NCBI GenBank assembly: GCA_035546295.1
Contig: DATKBT010000052.1
Coordinates: 36,032-100,031 of the forward strand
Origin: Thermoanaerobaculia bacterium
GTDB lineage: Bacteria > Acidobacteriota > Thermoanaerobaculia > Multivoradales > Multivoraceae
DNA length: 64,000 bases
Direction: 5' to 3'
Shown piece by piece: positions 50,361 through 58,755 of the stretch; position 1 is the stretch's first letter; each line of letters begins with the position of its first letter. The notes under the pieces are model-generated. The model did not search any database and was not told the DNA's origin. It was given only the letters and a program-made list of their open reading frames with translations. The position numbers were made by a program, and so were the translations under genes.

Positions 50361-51815
50361 CTACTCGTTCTCGCCCTTGGCGCCGCTGACCGGATCCAGC
50401 CCCAGCGCGTCGCGCACCACGGCGAACACCTCGGTCTGGTCGATCAACCCCGCGACCCGCTCCGCCCCCGGGCCGGAGGCCAGCACTGGCACGGTGGTCC
50501 CGGTGTGCTCCTCGAGAGCCCCGACGTTGGTTCCGTAACCCACGGTCAGCACGCCGCCCTCGGGCGTCCGCAGGCGGGCGACCTTGCCGGGGGGATGCTG
50601 GGCGGAGCTGCCGGCAAAGCCGAACGAGACGGTGAGGCTCGGCCAAGGCAGGATCTGGCCGGCGTGTCCGTGGTCGGAGGTGACCAGGATCAGCGTCCGC
50701 GGATGGCGCTCCTGGTAGGCCAAGGCGGCTTGCACCGCGCGGTCGAGCGCCCGCGTCTCGCCGATCTCGCCGCACGGGTTCGCGACGTGCGCCTGCTTGT
50801 CGATCGAGGCGCTCTCCACCATCAGGAAGAAGCCCTGCCCCGCCGAGCTCTCGAGGTGCTCGAGCGCGGCGACCGTCATCGCCTCGAGCGTCGGCCGAGT
50901 GCCCAAGCGCGGGTTGTCGACGCACGAGAACGGCTCCGGTGCGACGAGCTCGCCGCTCTCGTCACGGGTCAGCGGCAGGGCGCGGGCACCGCCCTCTCCG
51001 ATCCACTCGACTGGCAGGGTCGAGGGGCCGAACAGGCCGAGGAGCTTCCCCTCGCGCGGCGCCCGCGCCAGCCCCTCGGCGTCCACCACCAGCCGGTAGC
51101 CGGCCGCGATCGCCTTGTCCAGCACGCGCTCTCCGTCCTCGGCGCGCTGGCCAAAGGGGGCAGCGCCGCCGCCCAGCAGCAGGTCGGCGCCCGACGCCAC
51201 CAGCTGCTCGGCGATCGAGCCCGCCCCCCCCGCCGAGCGCAGGTCGGCGAGACAGCCGGCGAGGGTGCCGCCGCGCGCGCCGCGCATGTCGTCCGGTCCC
51301 TCGCAGAACCGGAGGCTGACGTGAGCGGCAAAGCAGGCGGGGGTGGCGTCGGTGACCGACGCGGTGGTGACCAGGCCGGTGCGCCTTCCCGCCCGGTGGG
51401 CGATCTCGAGGATGGTCGGGATGTCGGTGTCGTCGCCCGCGCTGGTGGCGATGCGTGCCCGGCTGGTCAGCCGGCCGGTGGCGAGAGCGGTGCCGGAGCT
51501 CGCCGAGTCGGCGACGTACTCCGGCAGTGACGGATCGTCCTCGAGCACGGTGCGAACGCGGGCCTGGGCGCGGTGGGGGAGGCGGTCGAACGAGAACGAG
51601 CCTCCTGAACCCGCCAGGTAGTCGCGCGCGATGGTGAGCTGGTGGTCGTCCACGCCGTCGCCGATGAACAGCACGACGTCGATGGGCGAGCTCTGCTGGG
51701 CCGCCGCCGAGCCCGCCACCAGGGCGATCGTCAGGAGCCACGGCGCGGCCGCTCGTCGAGAGGGCGACCGGCGCGGTGCCGGCGTCGAATGAACGTGTGT
51801 GCTCGGCGGCATCGC
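50361..51815 (-). CDS. Alkaline phosphatase (PhoA family), secreted
   Basis: FIGDGVDDHQL, TDATPACFAAHV (active-site Ser region), SASIDKQAH, VTSDHGH. Confidence 0.8.
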   Translation of the reverse strand, partial: AMPPSTHVHSTPAPRRSPSRRAAAPWLLTIALVAGSAAAQQSSPIDVVLFIGDGVDDHQLTIARDYLAGSGGSFSFDRLPHRAQARVRTVLEDDPSLPEYVADSASSGTALATGRLTSRARIATSAGDDTDIPTILEIAHRAGRRTGLVTTASVTDATPACFAAHVSLRFCEGPDDMRGARGGTLAGCLADLRSAGGAGSIAEQLVASGADLLLGGGAAPFGQRAEDGERVLDKAIAAGYRLVVDAEGLARAPREGKLLGLFGPSTLPVEWIGEGGARALPLTRDESGELVAPEPFSCVDNPRLGTRPTLEAMTVAALEHLESSAGQGFFLMVESASIDKQAHVANPCGEIGETRALDRAVQAALAYQERHPRTLILVTSDHGHAGQILPWPSLTVSFGFAGSSAQHPPGKVARLRTPEGGVLTVGYGTNVGALEEHTGTTVPVLASGPGAERVAGLIDQTEVFAVVRDALGLDPVSGAKGENE

Positions 51816-52055
51816 TTTCTCCCGGAAGTGACCCACGATCTTACGCGCTCGGCCGGCGACACCGGGCCTCCTCCTCCGCACCACCGAAGGCAAGGAGATC
51901 GACCTGGTGCTCGAGCTAGACGGCGAGCTCTGGGCGAGCTCCTAGAGCAGCTGCTAGAGTCCCGCCGCTTTCGACTCCGGGATAGCTGCTGCCTCCGCGG
52001 CCGAAGCCCCGAGACGACGCCGAAACGCGTCCGACGCGGCGCCCGCTCCTCAGCG

Positions 52056-53255
52056 ATGCACACCTCCGAGGTCTTCCTGATCGCGATGGCGATCATCTTC
52101 TCGGTGCCCTACCTGGTTTGGCGGTTGGGCCGCACCGAGTACTGGGCGCCGCTGGTCGTGGTGCAGATCGTGGCCGGCATCCTGCTCGGCCCCGGGGTGC
52201 TGGGCGCGGTCTTTCCCGAGTACTACGAGTTCGTGTTCACGCCCGAGGTGGTGACGTCGCTCAACGGCCTGGCGTGGTGGGCGGTGATGATCTTCGTGTT
52301 CATCGCCGGCATCGAGCTCGACCTGGGCCAGGCGTGGCGGTACCGCAGGGAGAGCGGGGTCACCGCCGGGCTGGCGTTGGGCGTTCCGCTGGTCTTCGGT
52401 TGCGTGGGCGGGGCGATTCTGCTCCCGTTCGACGGCTGGATCGGCGCGGCCGGTCGGCCCTGGCAGTTCGTGCTCGGAGTCGGCATGTCGTGCGCGGTGA
52501 CCGCCCTGCCGATTCTGATCCTGTTCATGGAGAAGCTCGAGATCCTCCGTCAGCCCATCGGGCAGCGCATCCTGCGTTACGCCAGCCTCGACGACATCGC
52601 GATCTGGGGCGTTCTGGCCCTGATCCTCCTGGACTGGAACCGGGTCGGACGCCAGGCGCTCTTTCTGGTCGGCTTCGCCGTCGCGAGCGTGCTCTACCGC
52701 CGGCTGATGGCGCGGATCTCCGAGCGCGACCGCTGGTTCGTGGGTCCGATCTGGCTGACGATCGGCGGCTTCGCCGGGGACTGGTCGGGATTGCACTTCA
52801 TGGTCGGGGCCTTCCTCGCGGGCGCGGTGACCGACCACACGTGGTTCGACCGAGCGGACATGGACAAGCTGCGCCACCACGTCCTGCTCATCCTGATGCC
52901 GGTTTTCTTCCTCAGCACCGGCCTGCGCACCGACTGGGAGGTGGGCGGCGCCGCGGTGTTCCTCACCGCCGCCCTGCTGCTGGTCGCGGCGGTCGGCGGC
53001 AAGCTGGCCGGCACCCATCTCGCCGGCCGGATCCTGAGGTGGGAGCGCGGCGAGGCCTCGATCGTCGGCTGGCTGCTCCAGACCAAGGCGCTGATCATGA
53101 TCATCTTCGCCAACGTCCTCCTCGACCGCAGGATCGTCACCAGCGAGACCTTCACAGCGCTGCTCCTGATGGCGGTGGCGAGCACCATGCTGACGGTGCC
53201 GGCGGTGGCGCCGCGGCTCGCGCGCCTGAAGGGGTTGATCGGCCGCGCGGCGTGA
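52056..53255 (+). CDS. Cation:proton antiporter (sodium/hydrogen exchanger, CPA family)
   Basis: 399-aa polytopic membrane protein with LLGPGVLG and FFLSTGLRTD motifs. Confidence 0.8.
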   Translation: MHTSEVFLIAMAIIFSVPYLVWRLGRTEYWAPLVVVQIVAGILLGPGVLGAVFPEYYEFVFTPEVVTSLNGLAWWAVMIFVFIAGIELDLGQAWRYRRESGVTAGLALGVPLVFGCVGGAILLPFDGWIGAAGRPWQFVLGVGMSCAVTALPILILFMEKLEILRQPIGQRILRYASLDDIAIWGVLALILLDWNRVGRQALFLVGFAVASVLYRRLMARISERDRWFVGPIWLTIGGFAGDWSGLHFMVGAFLAGAVTDHTWFDRADMDKLRHHVLLILMPVFFLSTGLRTDWEVGGAAVFLTAALLLVAAVGGKLAGTHLAGRILRWERGEASIVGWLLQTKALIMIIFANVLLDRRIVTSETFTALLLMAVASTMLTVPAVAPRLARLKGLIGRAA

Positions 53256-53447
53256 GGGCGTGGCGCACCACGGGCTCCTAGTCTAGCCTTCCGCCTCGAT
53301 GCACCAGAAGCCGCTCCTCGGTGCGCTGGACGAAGCAGCCGGCGCCGATCGCGCCGAAGGAGCCGCGTCCGTTCGCGCGCCGGAATGTCGTCATCTTCAC
53401 CGAGCACTCTCTCGCCACCGCTGCAACACGCGTGCTAGCCTCTGCCT

Positions 53448-53479
53448 TTCACGTCAGAACCCGTTCACGTCAGAACCCG
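53448..53479. repeat. Two perfect tandem 16-nt direct repeats TTCACGTCAGAACCCG, 14 nt upstream of the UnbV-like gene start
   Basis: Read directly; candidate regulator-binding direct repeats. Confidence 0.35.
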
Positions 53480-53492
53480 GCTGAATAGACTC

Positions 53493-55454
53493 ATGTCGAG
53501 ACCTGGCTTCGTGACCACTCCGGTCCAGGTGACCGCCGTCCTCGTTCTCGTCGGGCTCGGGCTGGTGGCGCGCCTGCCGAGCTCGGCGCCCGCGGAGGCG
53601 CCGGCGCTGGCGGAGCGCTTTCACTTCGAGCGCGCCCCGCTGCAGCTCACCGGGACGCCCTTCCTCTACGACGTGCTCGACGTCAACCGCAACGTCGCAC
53701 ACCTGCGCCACTACCTGTCGAGCCTCACCGCCTCCGTCGTGTTCGGCGACCTGGACGAGGACGGGCTTCCCAACGACGTCTGCCACAGCGAGTTACGGAC
53801 CAAGGAGGTGGTGGTCGCCCCCGCCCCTGGAACCGGTGAGCGCTACGCGCCGTTCGTCCTCGACCCGGGCGACCTGGTCGATGGGGAGACCAGCTACGCG
53901 GCCCGCTGCCTCATCGGCGACCTGAACGAGGACGGCCTCGCCGACGTAGTGGTCCTGTACTTCGGCGCGCGGCCGGTGGCCTATCTCCGCCGCACCGCCC
54001 CGGAGCCAGCCGGGTACGGGCAGCCCCGCGCAAGCGACTTCGCCGTGCGCGAGATCGCTCCTGGGGCGTCCGCCTGGCTGAACATCACCGGCACCTTCGC
54101 CGACATCGACGGCGACGGCCACATGGACCTCGTCCTCGGCAACTACTTCGCTGACGGCACCGAGCTCTACGACCACGACTCCGACGCACCGGTGCACATG
54201 AACGACAGCTTCAGCGCGGCGCGCAACGGCGGCACCAACCGCATCCTGCTCTGGGAGGGAGCGTCGTCCGGTCTCGAGCCCGAAGTCAGGTTCAGCGAGG
54301 TGGCCGACCCCTTCCCCGGCGACGACGCGCACGGCTGGACGCTGGCCGTCGGCGCCGCCGACCTCGACCGCGACGGCCTCGCCGACCTCTACTTCGCCAA
54401 CGACTTCGGTCCCGACACGCTGTACCTCAACCGCTCGACACCGGGTCAGGTACGCCTCGAACCGTTGCGAGGCCGGAGGGGATTCTTCATCCCGAAGTCC
54501 AGGGTCCTCGGTTACGACTCCTTCAAGGGCATGGGCATCGACTTCGCCGACATCAACGGCGACGGCTACTTCGACATGTTCGTGAGCAACATCGCCGCCG
54601 AGTACGCGATCGAGGAGAGCCACTTCCTCTGGGTCTCCACCGGCGAGCTCGGCGCGATCGCCGAGGGCGTCGCACCGTACGTGGATCGGGGCGAGGAGCT
54701 CGGCGTCTCGCGCAGCTCGTGGGGCTGGGACTCGCGCTTCGCCGACTTCGACAACGATGGCGTCCAGGAGGCGATCCAGGCGACCGGGTTCCTGAAGGGG
54801 AGGATCGACCGCTGGCCACTGCTCGCCGAGCTCGCCATCGTCAACGACCGCTTGACCCACAACCCTGCGGTGTGGCCGCTCATCGACGACGAGGCCGACG
54901 TCAGCGGCCACGACCCCAACCCCTTCTACGTCCGCGGCGAGGAAGGTCGCTTCATCGAAGTCTCCGGCTATCTCGACCTCGGAGGCCCCTGGAACACCCG
55001 CGCGATCGCGATCGGCGACGTCGACGGTGATGGCCTTCTCGACTTCGCCTTCGGCAACAGCTGGGAGGACTCCCAGTTCTACCGGAACGAGAGCCCGGAC
55101 GCCGGCAGGTTCCTGGCGTTGCACGTCTTGCGCCCGCCGGCGGGCGCCCTCCGCCCCGCGAGCGAGGTCGGGCCGGGCCACCCGACCGCGCCGGGCGACG
55201 GGTGGCCGGCCTGCAACGCCTTGGTCACCATACGCCTTCCGGACGGCGAGGAGCGGATCGGTCAGGTCGACTGCGGGAGCGGACACACTGGCGCGCCGAG
55301 CCCGCAGGTCCACTTCGGCCTCGGGAAGCTTCCCGCCGACGCCGAGCTCTCCGTCGCCGTCGATTGGCGCGACGACCGCGGCGCGCGCCGCAGCGACCGT
55401 TTCGTCCTGACCCCCGGTTGGCACACCATCCGCCTCGCATCTGGTGAGACATGA
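53493..55454 (+). CDS. FG-GAP/VCBS repeat protein with C-terminal ASPIC/UnbV domain (CRTAC1 family)
   Basis: Repeated D-x-D/N-x-DG calcium-binding FG-GAP units (DIDGDGHMD, DLDRDGLAD, DINGDGYFD, DFDNDGVQE, DVDGDGLLD). C-terminal QVDCGSGHTGAPSPQVHFGLG. Confidence 0.75.
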   Translation: MSRPGFVTTPVQVTAVLVLVGLGLVARLPSSAPAEAPALAERFHFERAPLQLTGTPFLYDVLDVNRNVAHLRHYLSSLTASVVFGDLDEDGLPNDVCHSELRTKEVVVAPAPGTGERYAPFVLDPGDLVDGETSYAARCLIGDLNEDGLADVVVLYFGARPVAYLRRTAPEPAGYGQPRASDFAVREIAPGASAWLNITGTFADIDGDGHMDLVLGNYFADGTELYDHDSDAPVHMNDSFSAARNGGTNRILLWEGASSGLEPEVRFSEVADPFPGDDAHGWTLAVGAADLDRDGLADLYFANDFGPDTLYLNRSTPGQVRLEPLRGRRGFFIPKSRVLGYDSFKGMGIDFADINGDGYFDMFVSNIAAEYAIEESHFLWVSTGELGAIAEGVAPYVDRGEELGVSRSSWGWDSRFADFDNDGVQEAIQATGFLKGRIDRWPLLAELAIVNDRLTHNPAVWPLIDDEADVSGHDPNPFYVRGEEGRFIEVSGYLDLGGPWNTRAIAIGDVDGDGLLDFAFGNSWEDSQFYRNESPDAGRFLALHVLRPPAGALRPASEVGPGHPTAPGDGWPACNALVTIRLPDGEERIGQVDCGSGHTGAPSPQVHFGLGKLPADAELSVAVDWRDDRGARRSDRFVLTPGWHTIRLASGET

Positions 55455-56371
55455 GCGATTCCAAGCCCCGCAAGCCCCGCGATCCGCGTACCGGGTTGCG
55501 CACCTCGGCCACGCTGGCCACCGTGCTCACCCTCCTCGGGCACACCGTCCTCGGGTTCGAGCAGCCGGCCTCGATGATCCTGGTGGCCCTGGTCACCGGC
55601 TACTCGAGCGCGATCTTCTTCGAGTGGCTCGACGCCCGCGTCAACGGCCGGCAGCCGGGCTATCGGGGCAAGGGCTGGAAGGGAGTGGTGGACTACCTGC
55701 TCTCCGCGCACATGACCTCGATCACCATGAGCTTCCTGATCTACACCAACAGTCGCATGGGGGTCATGGCCTTCGCGGTGGCGGCGGCCATTGCCTCGAA
55801 GTACCTGTTCCGGGTCGAGGTCGACGGCAAGCTGCAGCACTTCATGAACCCGTCGAACTTCGGCATCGCGCTGGCGATCGTGATGTTCCCATGGATCGCG
55901 CCCATCCCGTACGTGTTCACCGAGCACGTCACGGGCTTCGTCGACGTCCTGGTGCCGGCGGTGATCTTCCTGCTCGGATTCCGGTTGAACTACCTGTTCA
56001 CCCGTCGCATCCCGCTCATCCTGAGCTGGCTCGGCGCCTACGTCTTCCAGGCCTTTGCTCGCTGGATCCTGCTCGACCACCGCTTCGAGGCGGCAGTGGC
56101 GTCGATGACGGGCGCGGCCTTCGTGCTCTTCAGCTTCTACATGATCACCGACCCCAGGACCTCGCCGTCGAGCCAGAAGGGGCAGATCGCGTTCGGGACC
56201 TCGATCGGACTGGTCTACGGTGTCCTGATCGCCTTCCAGCTCACGTTCACCGCGTTCTTCGCGGTCACCGTCGTCGCTGGAGCACGCGGAGCCCTACTCT
56301 ACGTCTCGGCCTGGCGGCGGCGCCGTGCGCTGGTGCCGCATCCGGCGCCGCTCGCGGTCCCCGAGAGCTGA
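55451..56371 (+). CDS. UnbU-like polytopic membrane protein (partner of UnbV/ASPIC proteins)
   Basis: 306 aa, ~8 TM helices, 4-nt overlap with the UnbV-like gene. Confidence 0.6.
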   Translation: MSDSKPRKPRDPRTGLRTSATLATVLTLLGHTVLGFEQPASMILVALVTGYSSAIFFEWLDARVNGRQPGYRGKGWKGVVDYLLSAHMTSITMSFLIYTNSRMGVMAFAVAAAIASKYLFRVEVDGKLQHFMNPSNFGIALAIVMFPWIAPIPYVFTEHVTGFVDVLVPAVIFLLGFRLNYLFTRRIPLILSWLGAYVFQAFARWILLDHRFEAAVASMTGAAFVLFSFYMITDPRTSPSSQKGQIAFGTSIGLVYGVLIAFQLTFTAFFAVTVVAGARGALLYVSAWRRRRALVPHPAPLAVPES

Positions 56372-56444
56372 CCGTCTCGGGCTCTTTGCGGATTGCGAGG
56401 AGCCGCGGTCGGCTCCGCGAGCGATCGCGCGGTCGAGCCGCCCG

Positions 56445-56720
56445 ATGACCGCGGCCGACCCCTGGCGCGTCCTCTTCACCCGGCAGGCCGCGCGGGACGC
56501 GAAGAAGCTGGCGGCGGGCGGGCTGAAACCGAAGGCCGAGCTCCTGCTCGAGATCCTCCATCGAGATCGGTTCCAGACGCCGCCGAGATTCGAGAAGCTC
56601 TGCGGCGACCTCGCGGGCGCCTGCTCCCGCCGGATCAACGTGCAGCACCGGCTGGTCTACCAGGTGCTCGAAGAGCAGCGGGTGGTCAAGGTCCTCAGGA
56701 TGTGGACCCACTACGAATAG
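56445..56720 (+). CDS. YoeB/Txe-family type II toxin (mRNA interferase), no adjacent antitoxin gene
   Basis: SRRINVQHRLVYQVLEEQRVVKVLRMWTHYE C-terminal catalytic signature; 91 aa from the internal ATG of ORF 56325..56720. Confidence 0.7.
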   Translation: MTAADPWRVLFTRQAARDAKKLAAGGLKPKAELLLEILHRDRFQTPPRFEKLCGDLAGACSRRINVQHRLVYQVLEEQRVVKVLRMWTHYE

Positions 56721-56910
56721 GGGGGGCCTCTCGCCGGCCCGCGTGCACGCTCACGGTCTCCCTCCCGTTGGGGCCACCAGGCGACCGGATCGGCGATCGA
56801 AGTCGGGTGCGAAGGAGTGGCCAGTGCGGTCGCTGTCGAGACGGAGGTCGGTACCGTTCGCGGCAACCGAGAAGACGACACCCGTGCGGAGGATTTCGAG
56901 CGGGCCCAAT

Positions 56911-57131
56911 CTAGGTCGACTAGGCCAGCGGGAAGCTCACAAAACGGTCAAAGTTCGATCAAGCAGCACCTAAACGACGTGGATCAGCGGTTGTCGGGCC
57001 TAGTCGACCTGAGCCCGCGCTGCTTGCGGCGCTTGGGCGGGAAACATGAGCTAGCGGCTCGTGGTATGACCGCGCTGCGATCTCGCGCTCGCTGGGGAGT
57101 GGTGACCACCACGAGCCCGCTAGGTCTCGGC
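56911..57131 (+). repeat. Copy C (reference copy) of the ~220-nt structured intergenic repeat
   Basis: 5-prime CTAGGTCGACTAGG pairs with internal CCTAGTCGACCTAG (14 bp). GCGCTGC-TTG-GCGGCGC hairpin. GCTAGCGGCTCGTGG pairs with CCACGAGCCCGCTAG (15 bp). Palindrome GTGGTGACCACCAC. Aligns to copies at 22202..22476 (reverse) and 36727..36856. Confidence 0.6.
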
Positions 57132-57306
57132 TGCGGGAGGGAGAATCCGATGCGGCCATCGGCACGCAGCGCAGGCGACATTCCGAGGAGCGCAACGATC
57201 CGATCACGCGAGCCATCCAGAGAGACCCGGGGACCTGGGCCCCTTGTCGTCCGACCTGGCTGTAGTAGAGGACGGCTCCATCGAGCGACCACGCGGGCGA
57301 GCCGGA

Positions 57307-57481
57307 GATGGCGCCTGGCTCGGCGGAGCCGGCGGTCGTTGCGTCCTGGGATGATCACCGCCACGTCCACCCCGCGCAGCGCATCTCCCTCGAGGGCTCC
57401 GACGAGCTCGCGGGGAGGAACGAAGCAGGGCGTCATGATGGCCACCTGCTCGCGCGCGGCCGTGACCGCCACGAGCAGCAC
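57307..57481 (-). pseudogene. Remnant of a PLD-family (cardiolipin-synthase-like) gene, ~58 aa of the second HKD-domain region
   Basis: N-terminus of ORF 56984..57481: AREQVAIMTPCFVPPRELVGALEGDALRGVDVAVIIPGRND parallels ASAARTIDLAAAYFVPDELLIEALIEARRRGVRVRVLLPGPH of the intact cls at 58756..60060. Reading frame then degenerates and runs into repeat copy C. Confidence 0.3.
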
Positions 57482-57523
57482 GCTGCAGCTCGCCGCCGGC
57501 GATCGTGATCATCGGCGGGCTGA

Positions 57524-58735
57524 TCACGCCTCGAACGCGAAGAGCGCTGCGTCCGCGTCGGTCGCGCCGGTGAGGTCGGCGCGCACGATCTCGGCGGCGA
57601 CGCGCGAGAAGGTGATCCCGTTGCCGCCGTAGCCCATCACCGCGTGCACGCGCGGGTCTCCAGGGAGCTTTCCGATGAGCGGCAGCCCAGTGCGCGTCGT
57701 GCCGAACGCCCCGGTCCAGGCGAACTCAGGCCGCGGGTCGACCGACGGGAAGAGTCGCGCGAGCTTCGCCGTGAGGCGCGCCGTCTTGGCGGGGATCAGT
57801 GCGTCACGCGCGTCCTCGTCCTCGAACTCCTCGTCCTCGCCGCCGCAGATGATGCGGCCGTCGCTGGTCGTGCGCAGATAGAGGTAGGGGTCGGAGGACT
57901 CCCAGATGAGCGCCTCTTCCGGCCACAGCGCGCGCGGCTGCGCCCGCGTGGCGATCGCCCAGGTCGAGATCACCGCGTGCGCTTTCGTGGGGACGAGCTC
58001 CGTCAGTTCGTAGCCCGTGGCGAGGATGACGTGCGCGGCCGAGATGACCGGGCCGTCCGCGGTCGCGACCGTGACGCGATCGCGACCGGCATCGATGACG
58101 GTGGCCTTCGTCGGAGCGTGGCATCTGGCGCCGCGCTCGACCGCGCACAACAGGAGGCCGGCGGTGAGCTTCCGCGGGTCGAGCGCGAGATTCCCGGGGC
58201 TCAGGATGGCCCCGGCACGCGCGATTCCGAATCGCTCCTGCAGTCGCGCGCGTGTGAGGTACTCGGCGTAGAGCCCGGCAGCGCGTCTCGCCTCGGTCTC
58301 CGCACGAAGTCCGCCGGCCCCCAGGTCGTTGCCGGCGAGCAGGAGCGAGCTTCGATCGACCTTGCCGCAGGAGATGCCGAGCTCGTCGATCCGCGCCGAG
58401 AGATTCGCGACCGCCAGACGGGAGCGGCGCCATGCCTGCTCGGAGCGCCCGCGGCCGAGGGTGCGGGTGAGTCGCGTGAGCGGCACGTCGATCTCGTACT
58501 GCACGAGTGCGGTGGAGGCCGGCGTCGACCCACGCAGCGGACCGCGCCGGTCGAGCAGGATCACGCGGAACCCCGCCGCCGTCAGGGACTCGGCGACCAT
58601 CGCGCCGCTGATCCCCATGCCGACCACGAGCACATCGGTGCGTGCGTCGCGCCTGAGGCGCGTGCAGGGCACGGACGGCGCGCGGTACGCCATCCAGACC
58701 GGGCGCCCGGTACGGAGATCGAAGGTGCGCGTCAT
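57524..58735 (-). CDS. FAD-dependent oxidoreductase (DAO/glycine-oxidase-like)
   Basis: Rossmann dinucleotide motif DVLVVGMGISGAMVAESLTAAGFRVILLDRR. Confidence 0.7.
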   Translation of the reverse strand: MTRTFDLRTGRPVWMAYRAPSVPCTRLRRDARTDVLVVGMGISGAMVAESLTAAGFRVILLDRRGPLRGSTPASTALVQYEIDVPLTRLTRTLGRGRSEQAWRRSRLAVANLSARIDELGISCGKVDRSSLLLAGNDLGAGGLRAETEARRAAGLYAEYLTRARLQERFGIARAGAILSPGNLALDPRKLTAGLLLCAVERGARCHAPTKATVIDAGRDRVTVATADGPVISAAHVILATGYELTELVPTKAHAVISTWAIATRAQPRALWPEEALIWESSDPYLYLRTTSDGRIICGGEDEEFEDEDARDALIPAKTARLTAKLARLFPSVDPRPEFAWTGAFGTTRTGLPLIGKLPGDPRVHAVMGYGGNGITFSRVAAEIVRADLTGATDADAALFAFEA

Positions 58736-58755
58736 CGCGTCGCGGGCCGATGCAC

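Noticed and set aside
56325-56444. N-terminal 40 codons of ORF 56325..56720 as a fused antitoxin or longer toxin
   Set aside because: Arg-rich, no YefM/Phd similarity, and it overlaps the 3-prime end of the UnbU-like gene. The internal ATG at 56445 gives a canonical-length YoeB.
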